From an uncultured Gallionella sp. (lineage in GTDB: Bacteria > Pseudomonadota > Gammaproteobacteria > Burkholderiales > Gallionellaceae): a stretch of DNA of 64,000 nt. Shown in pieces: positions 1 to 8,806 of this stretch. Position 1 is the stretch's first letter, and each line of letters starts with the position of its first letter. Location of the stretch: the NCBI GenBank assembly GCA_947084955.1, contig CAMTUO010000033.1:8164-72163 (forward strand), read 5' to 3'. The translations under genes and the position numbers were made by a program. The notes beneath the pieces were generated by a model. The model saw only the letters and a list, made by a program, of their open reading frames with translations, was not told the origin of the DNA and searched no databases.

Positions 1-815
1 CGAGGCTGCAGCGGCCAGGCCGACGCGCCGTGCGAGCGCATGCCAGGGGGCGTTTGCCGGGTCACGCATGATGTCCTGACACCAGTATGGCTGGTTTGTA
101 CGGAAGGCAATGCCGGTCGGGCTGTGCCCGAACGGGCTGTCGGCATCCACAGAAATATCGATCTCTTTCAGGCAGCCGGTATCGTCGCCGAAACTGGCTG
201 CTGGATGCACCCTGCGTGTCTTATGGTCGAGGAGGCCGATCCACGCCATTTTCATGCCGCCGAACTGCACCGCGGCGCGGCAGGTTTCCATGAACAATTC
301 TTCCTCGCAGGTGCAATGTACGATGGCTTTGTTGCACTGGCTCAGTGCTGAATACAGTTGCGTGTGCCGCAGGATTTTCGCCTGGTCTGATTTGCGCTCG
401 GAAATATTCCGGATGTTGCACTGAATGACCTTGATACCCTCACTCTCGTAGCTATTGCTGACGAATTCAACCGGAATTTGTGCTCCGGCTTTGGTTTTAA
501 GCGGAAGATCCTTGTATCGGACATAGCCCTGTATTTGCAACACCTCGAACATTTCCTTGCTCTGTGCAATATCTGCGAAAGAGCCTACTTCCCACAGTTT
601 TTTCCCAGGAATTCCGCATGCGAGTAGCCCAGCATCTCGATCAGAAAAGGGTTGACGTCTTCGATCTGCGCCGTATCCGCGTTGAGCAGCAGAATGCCGT
701 CCTGAGCAGTTTCAAACAGCCTGCGGTAGCGGCTTTCGGATACTCTCAACGCTTTAAGCGAGGCATCATCCGACGCATTGGCCGCAGATGATTCCGGGGC
801 AGGAGGGCTGTGCAT
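1..815 (-). pseudogene. PAS + GAF domain signalling protein, 5' part, interrupted by a -1 frameshift near 597-606; runs off the window start
   Basis: ATG at 815 with a GGAG RBS. The PAS motif (SESRYRRLFETAQDGILLL...VNPFLIEMLGYS) stops at 585. The -1 frame continues KLWEVGSFAD...CNIRNISERK and then a GAF-like region (LSQCNKAIVH...MAWIG...PTGIA) that stays open to position 1. Confidence 0.8.
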
Positions 816-1055
816 AAGACTCCATCTGGTAATTGCCGCAAAAACAGTTGCAACGGCGCATTGAAGGACGCTATTTGACGGTGGTTTATCCCGGACGAAG
901 CGTTGAATGCATTGGTCAAAGATCAATCTGATATTTTTTCGGTAATCAGGGTTCGGCTACTTCGACTTTCTGGGTAAATAAGCATTCGCTTTGCCAGCCG
1001 CCTGTCACGGTTTTGGCTGCATACCGTGCACAAGCGACTGGCAGCCAAGGGCTAT

Positions 1056-1667
1056 TTACTGGCCAAACTGTGCTTTAGCCTGTGCAACACATTGATTTTT
1101 TGTGTCACCGGCAAACTTGTCGCACTTTTCGATTGCCACTTTGTAGTCGGCATCGCGTTTAGCTGACGTTGCATCATTGCGTGCTTCGCTGCCCTTTTCT
1201 TGCGCCTTGGTACGCGCATCAGAGGTCGCTTCCCTGGCCGTCGCATTGGCTTCCGAAGTCTTCAGCTGCGCTTTGGCATCGGCTTTGCCGCGAACCAGCG
1301 CCGCTTTCGCTTCTTTCACGCAGACATCTTCGTCGTTGCCCGCTTTGTCATCGCATTTTTCTCGGGCCACCGCGTAATCCGCTTTTGCTCGGGTAACACC
1401 GACCTCATAAGTGGCCTTTTTTGAAGGCTTGTATTGCGCTTCGAGCTCGGCCTCGGCAACCTTGTTTTTACCTTTGGCTTCGGCCTTGCAAATGTCTTTC
1501 GCATTGCCGGCCAGAGAGCCGCAATTTGCCTTGTCCAGCTTGTACTCGGCGGAGATGCGTTTTTCCGCAGCTTTATATTCATCCTTGGACATGTTTTGAG
1601 CCATGGCGTTAACGCTGAATGCGAGACTGGCTGCGAGTGCTAAAGAACTGATCGTAAACTTATTCAT
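1056..1667 (-). CDS. Secreted Ala/Lys-rich protein with three C-X10-C helical repeats
   Basis: Signal peptide ending NAMA-Q; repeats CGSLAGNAKDIC, CDDKAGNDEDVC and CDKFAGDTKNQC; AGGAG RBS. Confidence 0.85.
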   Translation of the reverse strand: MNKFTISSLALAASLAFSVNAMAQNMSKDEYKAAEKRISAEYKLDKANCGSLAGNAKDICKAEAKGKNKVAEAELEAQYKPSKKATYEVGVTRAKADYAVAREKCDDKAGNDEDVCVKEAKAALVRGKADAKAQLKTSEANATAREATSDARTKAQEKGSEARNDATSAKRDADYKVAIEKCDKFAGDTKNQCVAQAKAQFGQ

Positions 1668-1744
1668 GTGGACTCCTGATAATTAAAAAATTGGGCGATA
1701 GTGCACCAACAACCGCAGAATATCGTTGCGACGCTAAGTCATCT

Positions 1745-1758
1745 GTGCGGTATCGCAC
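1745..1758. promoter_or_regulatory. Palindromic putative operator GTGCG-N4-CGCAC upstream of the secreted protein gene
   Basis: Perfect 5-bp inverted repeat with a 4-bp spacer, about 80 bp upstream of the start codon. Confidence 0.4.
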
Positions 1759-1822
1759 TCACCGTTTAATTCTGTGTATGCGCAGCGTAAGCGGTCTTTT
1801 CAACAGCAGAGGGTCAGCGTAT

Positions 1823-2338
1823 TCACGAAATCTGACCGGGAAAGGCGGCGCGCGTTATGGACTGGGCTTCGGGACGACTAGCGCCGAGTTGCTTGCGCAA
1901 TTCGAGCGGTCTGGAGATCCCGCGCAGCGGCTCCAGGGACGCGCCCGTGCCGACGACCGTAACGTCGCCATAATCAAGGATGCGGCCCATCAGGCTCTGG
2001 TTAACATGCAGGCTCTCCACTTTATTGAGATTTATCTCGACTGTATCGCGCGATACGAGCCCGCGCTTCATGATAATTCGCCTGTCGGTCAGGACCAGTT
2101 CAGTGGTTTGTCGCCGGATAGCCGCAGAAAGTATGATGGCGACGCCGATCACCAGTGGTATCGCGAGCATGGCAAGCGATGCGCCAGCGTGATTTTCGGT
2201 GGCGATGTACGCGCCCGGCACACTCAGCAGGATGAGGCCGCCGATGAAGTAAGAGGAGAAAAACTTCCAATGGGAAATAGAAGCACGATAGACGATTCGC
2301 TCTCCCTCGGCTAACACAGAATCAACGTAGGAACTCAT
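1823..2338 (-). CDS. Bacterial PH-domain (bPH_2) membrane protein
   Basis: Two TM helices followed by TTELVLTDRRIIMKRGLVSR...VESLHVNQSLMGRILDYGDVTV. Confidence 0.85.
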   Translation of the reverse strand: MSSYVDSVLAEGERIVYRASISHWKFFSSYFIGGLILLSVPGAYIATENHAGASLAMLAIPLVIGVAIILSAAIRRQTTELVLTDRRIIMKRGLVSRDTVEINLNKVESLHVNQSLMGRILDYGDVTVVGTGASLEPLRGISRPLELRKQLGASRPEAQSITRAAFPGQIS

Positions 2339-2368
2339 GGCCTTCCCCTTTGGCGTACGTGCAACGAT

Positions 2369-2485
2369 TTAGGGAACCGCTGATTTATTCGGTTTTGTCA
2401 TTCCCGCGTAGGCGGGAATCCAGTTAAATAAAGGCACTGGTTCCCCGCTTTTGCGGGGAAGACGAATAAATCAGCGGCTCCTTAG
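2369..2485. mobile_element. MITE-like element with 19-bp terminal inverted repeats, TTAG direct repeats and an internal REP-like doublet
   Basis: TTAG-GGAACCGCTGATTTATTCG ... CGAATAAATCAGCGGCTCC-TTAG (18/19 IR match). Internal GTCATTCCCGCGTAGGCGGGAATCCAG plus an inverted partner. Confidence 0.75.
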
Positions 2486-2556
2486 GTGCTCGAAATTGAT
2501 ATTTTTCTCATCCGGCTTGTGTTCCAACATCGGCCATTCCGCCAACAAAAGCCAAA

Positions 2557-2585
2557 GATAACCTTGCACTAGGTACAAGGTTATC
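2557..2585 (-). terminator. Probable intrinsic terminator of the collagen-like gene
   Basis: Hairpin GATAACCTTG...CAAGGTTATC followed by a T-rich tract on the minus strand. Confidence 0.55.
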
Positions 2586-2598
2586 GCTGTGACAAATG

Positions 2599-2898
2599 CT
2601 ATTTTTGTTCGGACTGAGCCGGAACAACGATTATTGTGTCGCCGCCAGTCTTGCCGGTATCGCCTTTGGCACCCTCATACCCTTGTACGCCGGAAGCACC
2701 CTGCGCTCCAGTATCACCTTGCGTTCCTGTGGCGCCCTGTGTGCCGGTGTTGCCCTGCGCTCCCGTTGCACCTGATGGACCGGCGGGGCCTTGCACTTGC
2801 ACGGGAGGCGCTGGCACATTGACCACGGTGGCTGGCCTGTCGCAGGCAACCAATCCGAAAGCGACAATAATCGATGCTAATAGTGTGGAATTTTTCAT
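2599..2898 (-). CDS. Small lipoprotein with a collagen-like (G-X-Y)17 repeat
   Basis: Lipobox LVAC; uninterrupted [12 protein letters not shown] ... GKT GGD triplets; GAGG RBS. Confidence 0.85.
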   Translation of the reverse strand: MKNSTLLASIIVAFGLVACDRPATVVNVPAPPVQVQGPAGPSGATGAQGNTGTQGATGTQGDTGAQGASGVQGYEGAKGDTGKTGGDTIIVVPAQSEQK

Positions 2899-3204
2899 GA
2901 TATTTCCTCGTTAAGATGAATAGGCAAAACCGCTCACCCTGAGCAGTCCGGTATGCCAATGCAGTGATGGGTAACAGTGCCGGAAGATCATGCGCTTGCG
3001 CCGGCAGGATAAATCAGCCGTCAATCCGCATGCTTACCCTCTGGCGCAATCGCCTAACCTGAAGCGACATGATGTTTCGATGGCGAAACACTTTTGGAAG
3101 CATATTCTGAAGAGCGAAACCGTTCTGTTCGTTGGCGAACATAGCGGATAATGGTGAGCTGCAAGCTAAAAGAGAAGTGACAAAAACGCCTGCCATCCTG
3201 ATAT

Positions 3205-3879
3205 TTAGGCTGATTTATTCAGGTTGCCGGACAGGGTGCGATGCTGCAACGACAGAACCGCTGCCAGCACGCCCAGCGCGAGACCTGCCAGCACATCGAG
3301 GGCCACATGCTGGCGCGTGGCCAGGGTTGAATAGAGGATCGCGATGCACCATACCCCGTTGAAGGTGAGCAACCACCGCGGTGAACCGAAGCGGCGCAGT
3401 AAATGATGCAGCCAGAAGCCTGAAAAAACAGCGGTGGCCACATGCAGCGAAGGGCAGGCGTTGCCCGATGCGTCCATGTTTTTCAATGAATGCATGTCTG
3501 GATACAAAGCCCAGTTTATATTGGCTGCAGGTACGGCCGTCGGCCAGAAATAGAAGATGATCAGCGCGGCCGTGCAGGTTCCGGCCATGCTCACCCCATA
3601 ACCATACAGTTCTCGCTTTGTGGCCAGCAAGGCAGGCGGCAGGGAGACATACAGCCACAGTGACGCGTAGACGGGTAAGGATTGCGGCCAAAAGCCGATC
3701 AGCCGATCCAGAAAAATGATCGGCATCACCGTTGTCGGGTAGGCCGGGTCTTTGAGCAGATAAAAATAGGCGCCGAAAAACAGGCCGATAAAAAGCATCG
3801 TCCCGATACTTTTGAGCGCCATATGTTTTGGGATCACCGCTGCAATCTGCCGATACCAGGGTGTCGTGCTGTTTGTCAT
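3205..3879 (-). CDS. PAP2 / Aur1 (inositol-phosphorylceramide synthase-like) membrane protein
   Basis: Motifs NACPSLHVA and STLATRQHVALDV; several TM helices; overlaps the upstream stop codon. Confidence 0.8.
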   Translation of the reverse strand: MTNSTTPWYRQIAAVIPKHMALKSIGTMLFIGLFFGAYFYLLKDPAYPTTVMPIIFLDRLIGFWPQSLPVYASLWLYVSLPPALLATKRELYGYGVSMAGTCTAALIIFYFWPTAVPAANINWALYPDMHSLKNMDASGNACPSLHVATAVFSGFWLHHLLRRFGSPRWLLTFNGVWCIAILYSTLATRQHVALDVLAGLALGVLAAVLSLQHRTLSGNLNKSA

Positions 3880-4679
3880 GAGAGCGCGGCCGTTAAGGTG
3901 ACAAAACGCAGGCCGGCTGTTTTGGCGGCAGTCAGCACAGTGGGGAGCACGTCGAGAATAACCGGGGTTCCGGCAGGGGTGCGTGCCGCGTTGCCGTCGT
4001 GCAGCAGCAAAATGGCGCCCGCACGCAGATCGTGTAACAGCCTGCGACTGACGCGTGCGACATTATTGACACGGGTGTCGAATCCGCGCGCCGACCAGCT
4101 GGCAAGCCGCAGGTCCAGTTTTGTCAGAACCGGGTCGAGAAAAGGATTGCGCAGACCGGCGGGGGCGCGAAAAAACAGCGGCGGCCGGCCGGTAATCGCC
4201 GTGAGTGTGGTTTGGGCGGCCTCCAGTTCACGCAGGAAACCTGAACGATTCATCATCGCAAAATAATGGCGGTGATGCTGGCTGTGGTTTTCTATCGTGT
4301 GACCGCGCCGCACGATGTCGCGGCACAAGTCAGGGTAACGTGCGGCTTTTTCGCCGATACAGAAAAAAGTCGCCCGAACGTCATAGCGATCCAGCAGAGC
4401 CAGTACCTGAGGCGTCACAACAGGATCCGGGCCGTCGTCGATGGTCAGGGCGATTTCATGCCGGCTTGCGGCGGCTGCGGGCAGTCGTGTCCAGTTCGGC
4501 CCCAGCCAGTGGCAGCGCGGCCACAACCCTGCCAGCATCAGCAACAGGTGGTTGGCAAGCACGGCACCCAGTACCCGGCGCCACTGTGCAGGCTCGGCGA
4601 CGAGGACAATCAAGGCCAGCACGTGCAGCAGCAGCGTTGCGCGGATCAGCAGCGTGGGTTGCCATGAGCGATTCGTCAT
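3876..4679 (-). CDS. Polysaccharide deacetylase (NodB/CE4) with an N-terminal membrane anchor
   Basis: Motifs LTIDDGP, ENHSQHH, FFRAPAG and ILLLHDG. Confidence 0.9.
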   Translation of the reverse strand: MTNRSWQPTLLIRATLLLHVLALIVLVAEPAQWRRVLGAVLANHLLLMLAGLWPRCHWLGPNWTRLPAAAASRHEIALTIDDGPDPVVTPQVLALLDRYDVRATFFCIGEKAARYPDLCRDIVRRGHTIENHSQHHRHYFAMMNRSGFLRELEAAQTTLTAITGRPPLFFRAPAGLRNPFLDPVLTKLDLRLASWSARGFDTRVNNVARVSRRLLHDLRAGAILLLHDGNAARTPAGTPVILDVLPTVLTAAKTAGLRFVTLTAALS

Positions 4680-7015
4680 GGGGATTTCCTGGCAAAAATG
4701 GCTGAATAGATCAGTGCAAGGATCACGCCCGGCGCCACGGTGACGCCCATCGCCTGCAGAATGGATACCTTGGAAAAGGCAAGCAGGCCAAAACCTGCGA
4801 CGGCGGTGAGATTGGCGAACAGCATCGAGGCCAGTGTGCGCGGCGAAATGGCAGCATGATTAACCGCGATATCAGGATGATCGGCACGGTCAAAAAACAG
4901 CGCATAGTTGGAACCGATCGCAACGACCAGCAGCAAGCCGACCAGATGCAGAATAATCAGCTGCTGGCCAAACAGCGCCAGCCCCGCTGTGACGGTGATG
5001 ACCGCAGCCGCGAGCGGGGTGATGATGCGCAGCACGCGCCTGGGTGAGCGAAAAACCAGCAGCAGCAATCCGATGATGGACAGCAGTCCGACAATAGATA
5101 ACTGTATGATTTCATGTAAATATCCGGAATACAGGTTATCTGATTCGGCCTTCATGTCGACCAGCAGTACGCCGGATAAGGCAGAAGAACTCAGCGCCGT
5201 GCGGATTCGGCCGGCGTTGATGTCGGCGCCTGTTGGTGCGGTGAGTGGCAACAGCGCGCTCCAGTGATGTGCCTGCCGGATGAGCAGGGCGTCCACCGCC
5301 ATTGCCATCGAGGTTTTTTCAAGATCGGCCGCTTGCAATAAAGGCTGGCGGCGCGCAGCGTCGACATCGGATAAAAACGGCTTGAACAGTGGTTCATGCA
5401 CAGGGAGTCCCTGAACCGCCATCGATAAACGCGACGCCAGTACAGCAGGTTCGGGAAGGCTGTTCTGACGGGCGCGTTGCGCGGCTTCGCTGGGCAGATA
5501 ACGGCTGGGACTTTCAAATCCGGCAAGCGCGCCCCGGTCGACCTCGGTCTGCAATATCCCGGACACCTGCTCGGCCGACTGCAATACCGATTCCTGACGC
5601 TCGCCGGACACTACGACGATATAGCGCACATCAGGCGCACCCATGTCGGCGCGAAGTGCCGCATCCAGCGCCACATCGGCTTGTGATACCGGGCTCAATG
5701 AAGCTATTTTGTCATTCCACAAGTTGCTGCGATGTAAGGTCAAGATGGCACAGGCCGCCAGCAGCAGCAGCGCTGCGGCTGGGCGCAGTTTTGCGGCAGT
5801 CGCAACCAGACGAAAAAGAATCTGGCCGATACGCGACACATCGTGAATGTGAAAGTTTGCAGGCAACAGATGGGGCAGCACGAAGCGCGTCACCAGGGCG
5901 GCAGTGATCAGGCCGGCAATCGAGTAAAGGCCGAGTTGCGCCAAACCGGGGAAGCCTGATAGCAGCAAGGATGCAAAGCCGAATATCGAAGTGAGTACCC
6001 CGAGACGGATGGTGGGCCAGAAGCGCGTGATCCAGCGCTGCTGATCCTGTTCTGATTGTACAAAAAGGTAGATCGAATAATCCACCGCCTCGCCGATCAG
6101 TGCGGTGCCAAATCCCAGCGTGATGCCATGCACTGAGCCAAAACCCAGGCTGACCGCCGCGATGCCGGCCAGCGCACCGCTGATGACCGGCAGAAAACTC
6201 AACACCAGTGCGGTGACGGAGCGATACACCAGCAACAACAGCGCTGCAATCAGCGTGATGCTGATCAGGGACAGTCGGGTGACCTGACTCTGGATGGTGT
6301 TACGCGAGGTGACCGAAAATACCCCCGGGCCGGTCATCACAAGTTTTGCAGCAGAAACATGCGCTTCATCAAACGCCTGCCGGATGGCGGTCATGGCGTG
6401 CTGCTGTGCATCGGTGTCTGAGCCTGATGCGCGCGTTTGTACCAGCATCAGGGCACGCGAGCCATCCCTGGAGGCCCATGCGCCGTCTATCATCTTCGGG
6501 CGTGAGCCGCTGTTCAATTGGTCAAGTAACTGCACCATTTCGCCGGTCGGGTCATTCGGCAGCAGGGATTTGACCAAGAGCCCTGCAGGAGAGGCGAGCA
6601 GGTCAATACTCTCGCTAAGCGCGTCATGCAGACCGGATACAGAAAAACGTGCAGGCGTAACTTGCGGGCTTAACAGATAACGATTGTTGAACAGGAAAGC
6701 GCGGTCTCGCTCTGCGCTTACCGGCTCGCCGTTATTGACACTGACAAAAGCAGGATCAGTGCGCAAACGCTGCGCCATCTGTCTGGACAACACGGCACGA
6801 CTGCTTGCGTCAGCACCTTCAATACCAACCAGGATCAGACGGGACGCCAGTCCGTCGCGTATTTGTTCGAGCAGCAGTTGCTGCGCCGGGGTGGGGTTTT
6901 TCGGCAAAAATGCCGATAAATCCGCCGTGAACTGGCTGCGACTGATAATGATGAGACAGGCGATGAGCAGTGCCAGCCATACGGCGATCGCAGTTCTGCT
7001 GCGTGCAGGCTTCAC
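4676..7015 (-). CDS. MMPL/RND-type exporter (aryl polyene/xanthomonadin cluster type)
   Basis: Two blocks of TM helices with GEAVDYSIYLF and AIGSNYALFF; cluster context. Confidence 0.85.
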   Translation of the reverse strand: MKPARSRTAIAVWLALLIACLIIISRSQFTADLSAFLPKNPTPAQQLLLEQIRDGLASRLILVGIEGADASSRAVLSRQMAQRLRTDPAFVSVNNGEPVSAERDRAFLFNNRYLLSPQVTPARFSVSGLHDALSESIDLLASPAGLLVKSLLPNDPTGEMVQLLDQLNSGSRPKMIDGAWASRDGSRALMLVQTRASGSDTDAQQHAMTAIRQAFDEAHVSAAKLVMTGPGVFSVTSRNTIQSQVTRLSLISITLIAALLLLVYRSVTALVLSFLPVISGALAGIAAVSLGFGSVHGITLGFGTALIGEAVDYSIYLFVQSEQDQQRWITRFWPTIRLGVLTSIFGFASLLLSGFPGLAQLGLYSIAGLITAALVTRFVLPHLLPANFHIHDVSRIGQILFRLVATAAKLRPAAALLLLAACAILTLHRSNLWNDKIASLSPVSQADVALDAALRADMGAPDVRYIVVVSGERQESVLQSAEQVSGILQTEVDRGALAGFESPSRYLPSEAAQRARQNSLPEPAVLASRLSMAVQGLPVHEPLFKPFLSDVDAARRQPLLQAADLEKTSMAMAVDALLIRQAHHWSALLPLTAPTGADINAGRIRTALSSSALSGVLLVDMKAESDNLYSGYLHEIIQLSIVGLLSIIGLLLLVFRSPRRVLRIITPLAAAVITVTAGLALFGQQLIILHLVGLLLVVAIGSNYALFFDRADHPDIAVNHAAISPRTLASMLFANLTAVAGFGLLAFSKVSILQAMGVTVAPGVILALIYSAIFARKSP

Positions 7016-7599
7016 GGCGCGGCCATTTTTTCGATAAGCATCAGCGAACTGTCGCCATCACGCTGGGTGATTTCGATGCTGCGCACGGTGTTCTCTGCGC
7101 CCGTAATACGGATGCTTTTCACCACCGCCTGCATTTTTTCGTCCACCGGCAACAGTTGCAATATCCAGTGAGCCGCTGTTCCCTCCAGACTCAGCTTGTA
7201 ATGACGTTCCAGTGCGCGGCGATCCCCTGCCAGCGTGCCGCGGATGCTGTCGATGAAAGCGGCCAGTTCAGGATAATCCTGCAATTGCAAGCGGTGTTTC
7301 TGGCGGCCCCGTTCGATCAGCAGTGTGTCGCCCTCCACAGTCATGGATTCAGGCTTGGGTTTGAGTGTGCGTTTTTCCAGATGGTCGGGTGCGGTGTAGA
7401 GTAACTCGCCTGAGGATTCCACCGGTTTGTCGAGCATGGCAATGGATTTTTTCTCGACAAAACCGGCATGGTCGGTGCGGATTTGTGCAAGGCTTAGCAT
7501 GAGCTGGTCAATATCCCATTCGGCGGCCCGGCTGATGGCAGGTGAGAGCATCAGCGCAATCAGCATAGTGAGCAAACTATAGCGGGTAGAGTTCATCAT
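7012..7599 (-). CDS. LolA-like periplasmic carrier protein
   Basis: Signal peptide; FVEKKSIAMLDKPVESSGELLYTAPD is typical of LolA-like proteins in aryl polyene clusters. Confidence 0.8.
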   Translation of the reverse strand: MMNSTRYSLLTMLIALMLSPAISRAAEWDIDQLMLSLAQIRTDHAGFVEKKSIAMLDKPVESSGELLYTAPDHLEKRTLKPKPESMTVEGDTLLIERGRQKHRLQLQDYPELAAFIDSIRGTLAGDRRALERHYKLSLEGTAAHWILQLLPVDEKMQAVVKSIRITGAENTVRSIEITQRDGDSSLMLIEKMAAP

Positions 7600-8504
7600 T
7601 ACTTGGGCGGCTGCCAGAAATCAAAAAAATTAAACCAGTTGTAGGGCGCCTTGCGGCAGTATTGATCCAGCAGTTCGGCATAGTGCTTTAGCGCCGCCTG
7701 CATGGCAGCCTCGCGCCCGCCTGATGCAACGTCGGAAAAATCCGCCAGATGATCGAAATGGATCGCGTAACGGTTGCCGCCCAGATACAGCCCTGTCATG
7801 AAGATCACCGGGCGCCGCAGCAAGGCGGCCATGCGGAACGGCCCGACAGGCAGGCGGGCTTCCTCACCCAGAATTTGCACAGGATACAGCGTATCACGGC
7901 CTGGCGTGCGATCGGCCAGCATGCCGACCACGCAGCCTTCATTCAGTCGCGCCTGTACCTGGAGCATGGAATCGATATGGCCCAGACCGATGATATCCTG
8001 TACCGCTTCGGGATTGATGGCGGCCAGCATCGCATTGATTTTTTGTGCATTCGCTTCATGCATCAGCATCGAAACACGCAAACCGGGATTTTTTTTGCCG
8101 ATCGCGCGGATCACTTCAAAGCTGCCCAGATGCGCACCGATCAGGAACAGGCCGCGGCCATCGGCTAACAGGCGTTCCAGCATGTCGGCACCGTATACTT
8201 CAAAATCAAACAGATCGAAGCGCTGGTTGATCAGATAGATACGGTCATGAATGGTGGCGGCAAAGGTGAAAAAATGCCGGTAAAGATCAAGCCAGCGGAC
8301 AGGTCGGCCCAGCGCGCGTCTGAGATAAGCGCGGGACGCGCGACGGCTGGAGGGCGCAAACAGCAGAAAGTAGACGGTGATCAGGTGCAGCACGTTGCGT
8401 GCCGCCTGCCGCCCAAGTTTCAGTGAAATCCAGGTCATGACGCGCAACATGAAGCTGTTGCTGCGCTCAGGGGTCTGTGCCCAATTGGCTTGGCTGGCTG
8501 TCAT
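7599..8504 (-). CDS. LpxL-like (LPLAT) acyltransferase
   Basis: Motifs GAHLGSFE, MLADR and PYNWFNFFDFW. Confidence 0.85.
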   Translation of the reverse strand: MTASQANWAQTPERSNSFMLRVMTWISLKLGRQAARNVLHLITVYFLLFAPSSRRASRAYLRRALGRPVRWLDLYRHFFTFAATIHDRIYLINQRFDLFDFEVYGADMLERLLADGRGLFLIGAHLGSFEVIRAIGKKNPGLRVSMLMHEANAQKINAMLAAINPEAVQDIIGLGHIDSMLQVQARLNEGCVVGMLADRTPGRDTLYPVQILGEEARLPVGPFRMAALLRRPVIFMTGLYLGGNRYAIHFDHLADFSDVASGGREAAMQAALKHYAELLDQYCRKAPYNWFNFFDFWQPPK

Positions 8505-8806
8505 TTGGCTAGTATGGGCGCGATACTGCCACTGGCAATTTTGCGGCTTTCCGCACTGACGTCGAAACGTATCGTGCCGCTATCTGTGATGGCATGCTCA
8601 ATCGCAAGTATGCAGCCCGGACTCACCGGACTCAGAAACTTGACCGAGCTGATCTCGAAACGATCCAGCGCAAGTCCACGGCTAGCGGCAATAGCTTGCA
8701 GTGCGGCATCCAGCAGCACGACGCCGGGCAGGATGGGCGTGCCGGGAAAGTGCCCGGCAAAGGCGGGGTGATCTGCGGGAACTGTCCAGTGACTGACGTG
8801 TTTCAT
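8501..8806 (-). CDS. FabA/FabZ-like 3-hydroxyacyl-ACP dehydratase (ApeI-like)
   Basis: Hot-dog fold motif HPAFAGHFPGTPILPGVV...VKFLSPV. Confidence 0.85.
   Translation of the reverse strand: MKHVSHWTVPADHPAFAGHFPGTPILPGVVLLDAALQAIAASRGLALDRFEISSVKFLSPVSPGCILAIEHAITDSGTIRFDVSAESRKIASGSIAPILAK

Noticed and set aside
912-926. FNR-like box TTGGT-N5-ATCAA upstream of the PAS-GAF gene
   Set aside because: Wrong spacing and a mismatch against TTGAT-N4-ATCAA.
1691-2314. 207-aa plus-strand ORF
   Set aside because: Antisense to the PH-domain gene; no motif support.
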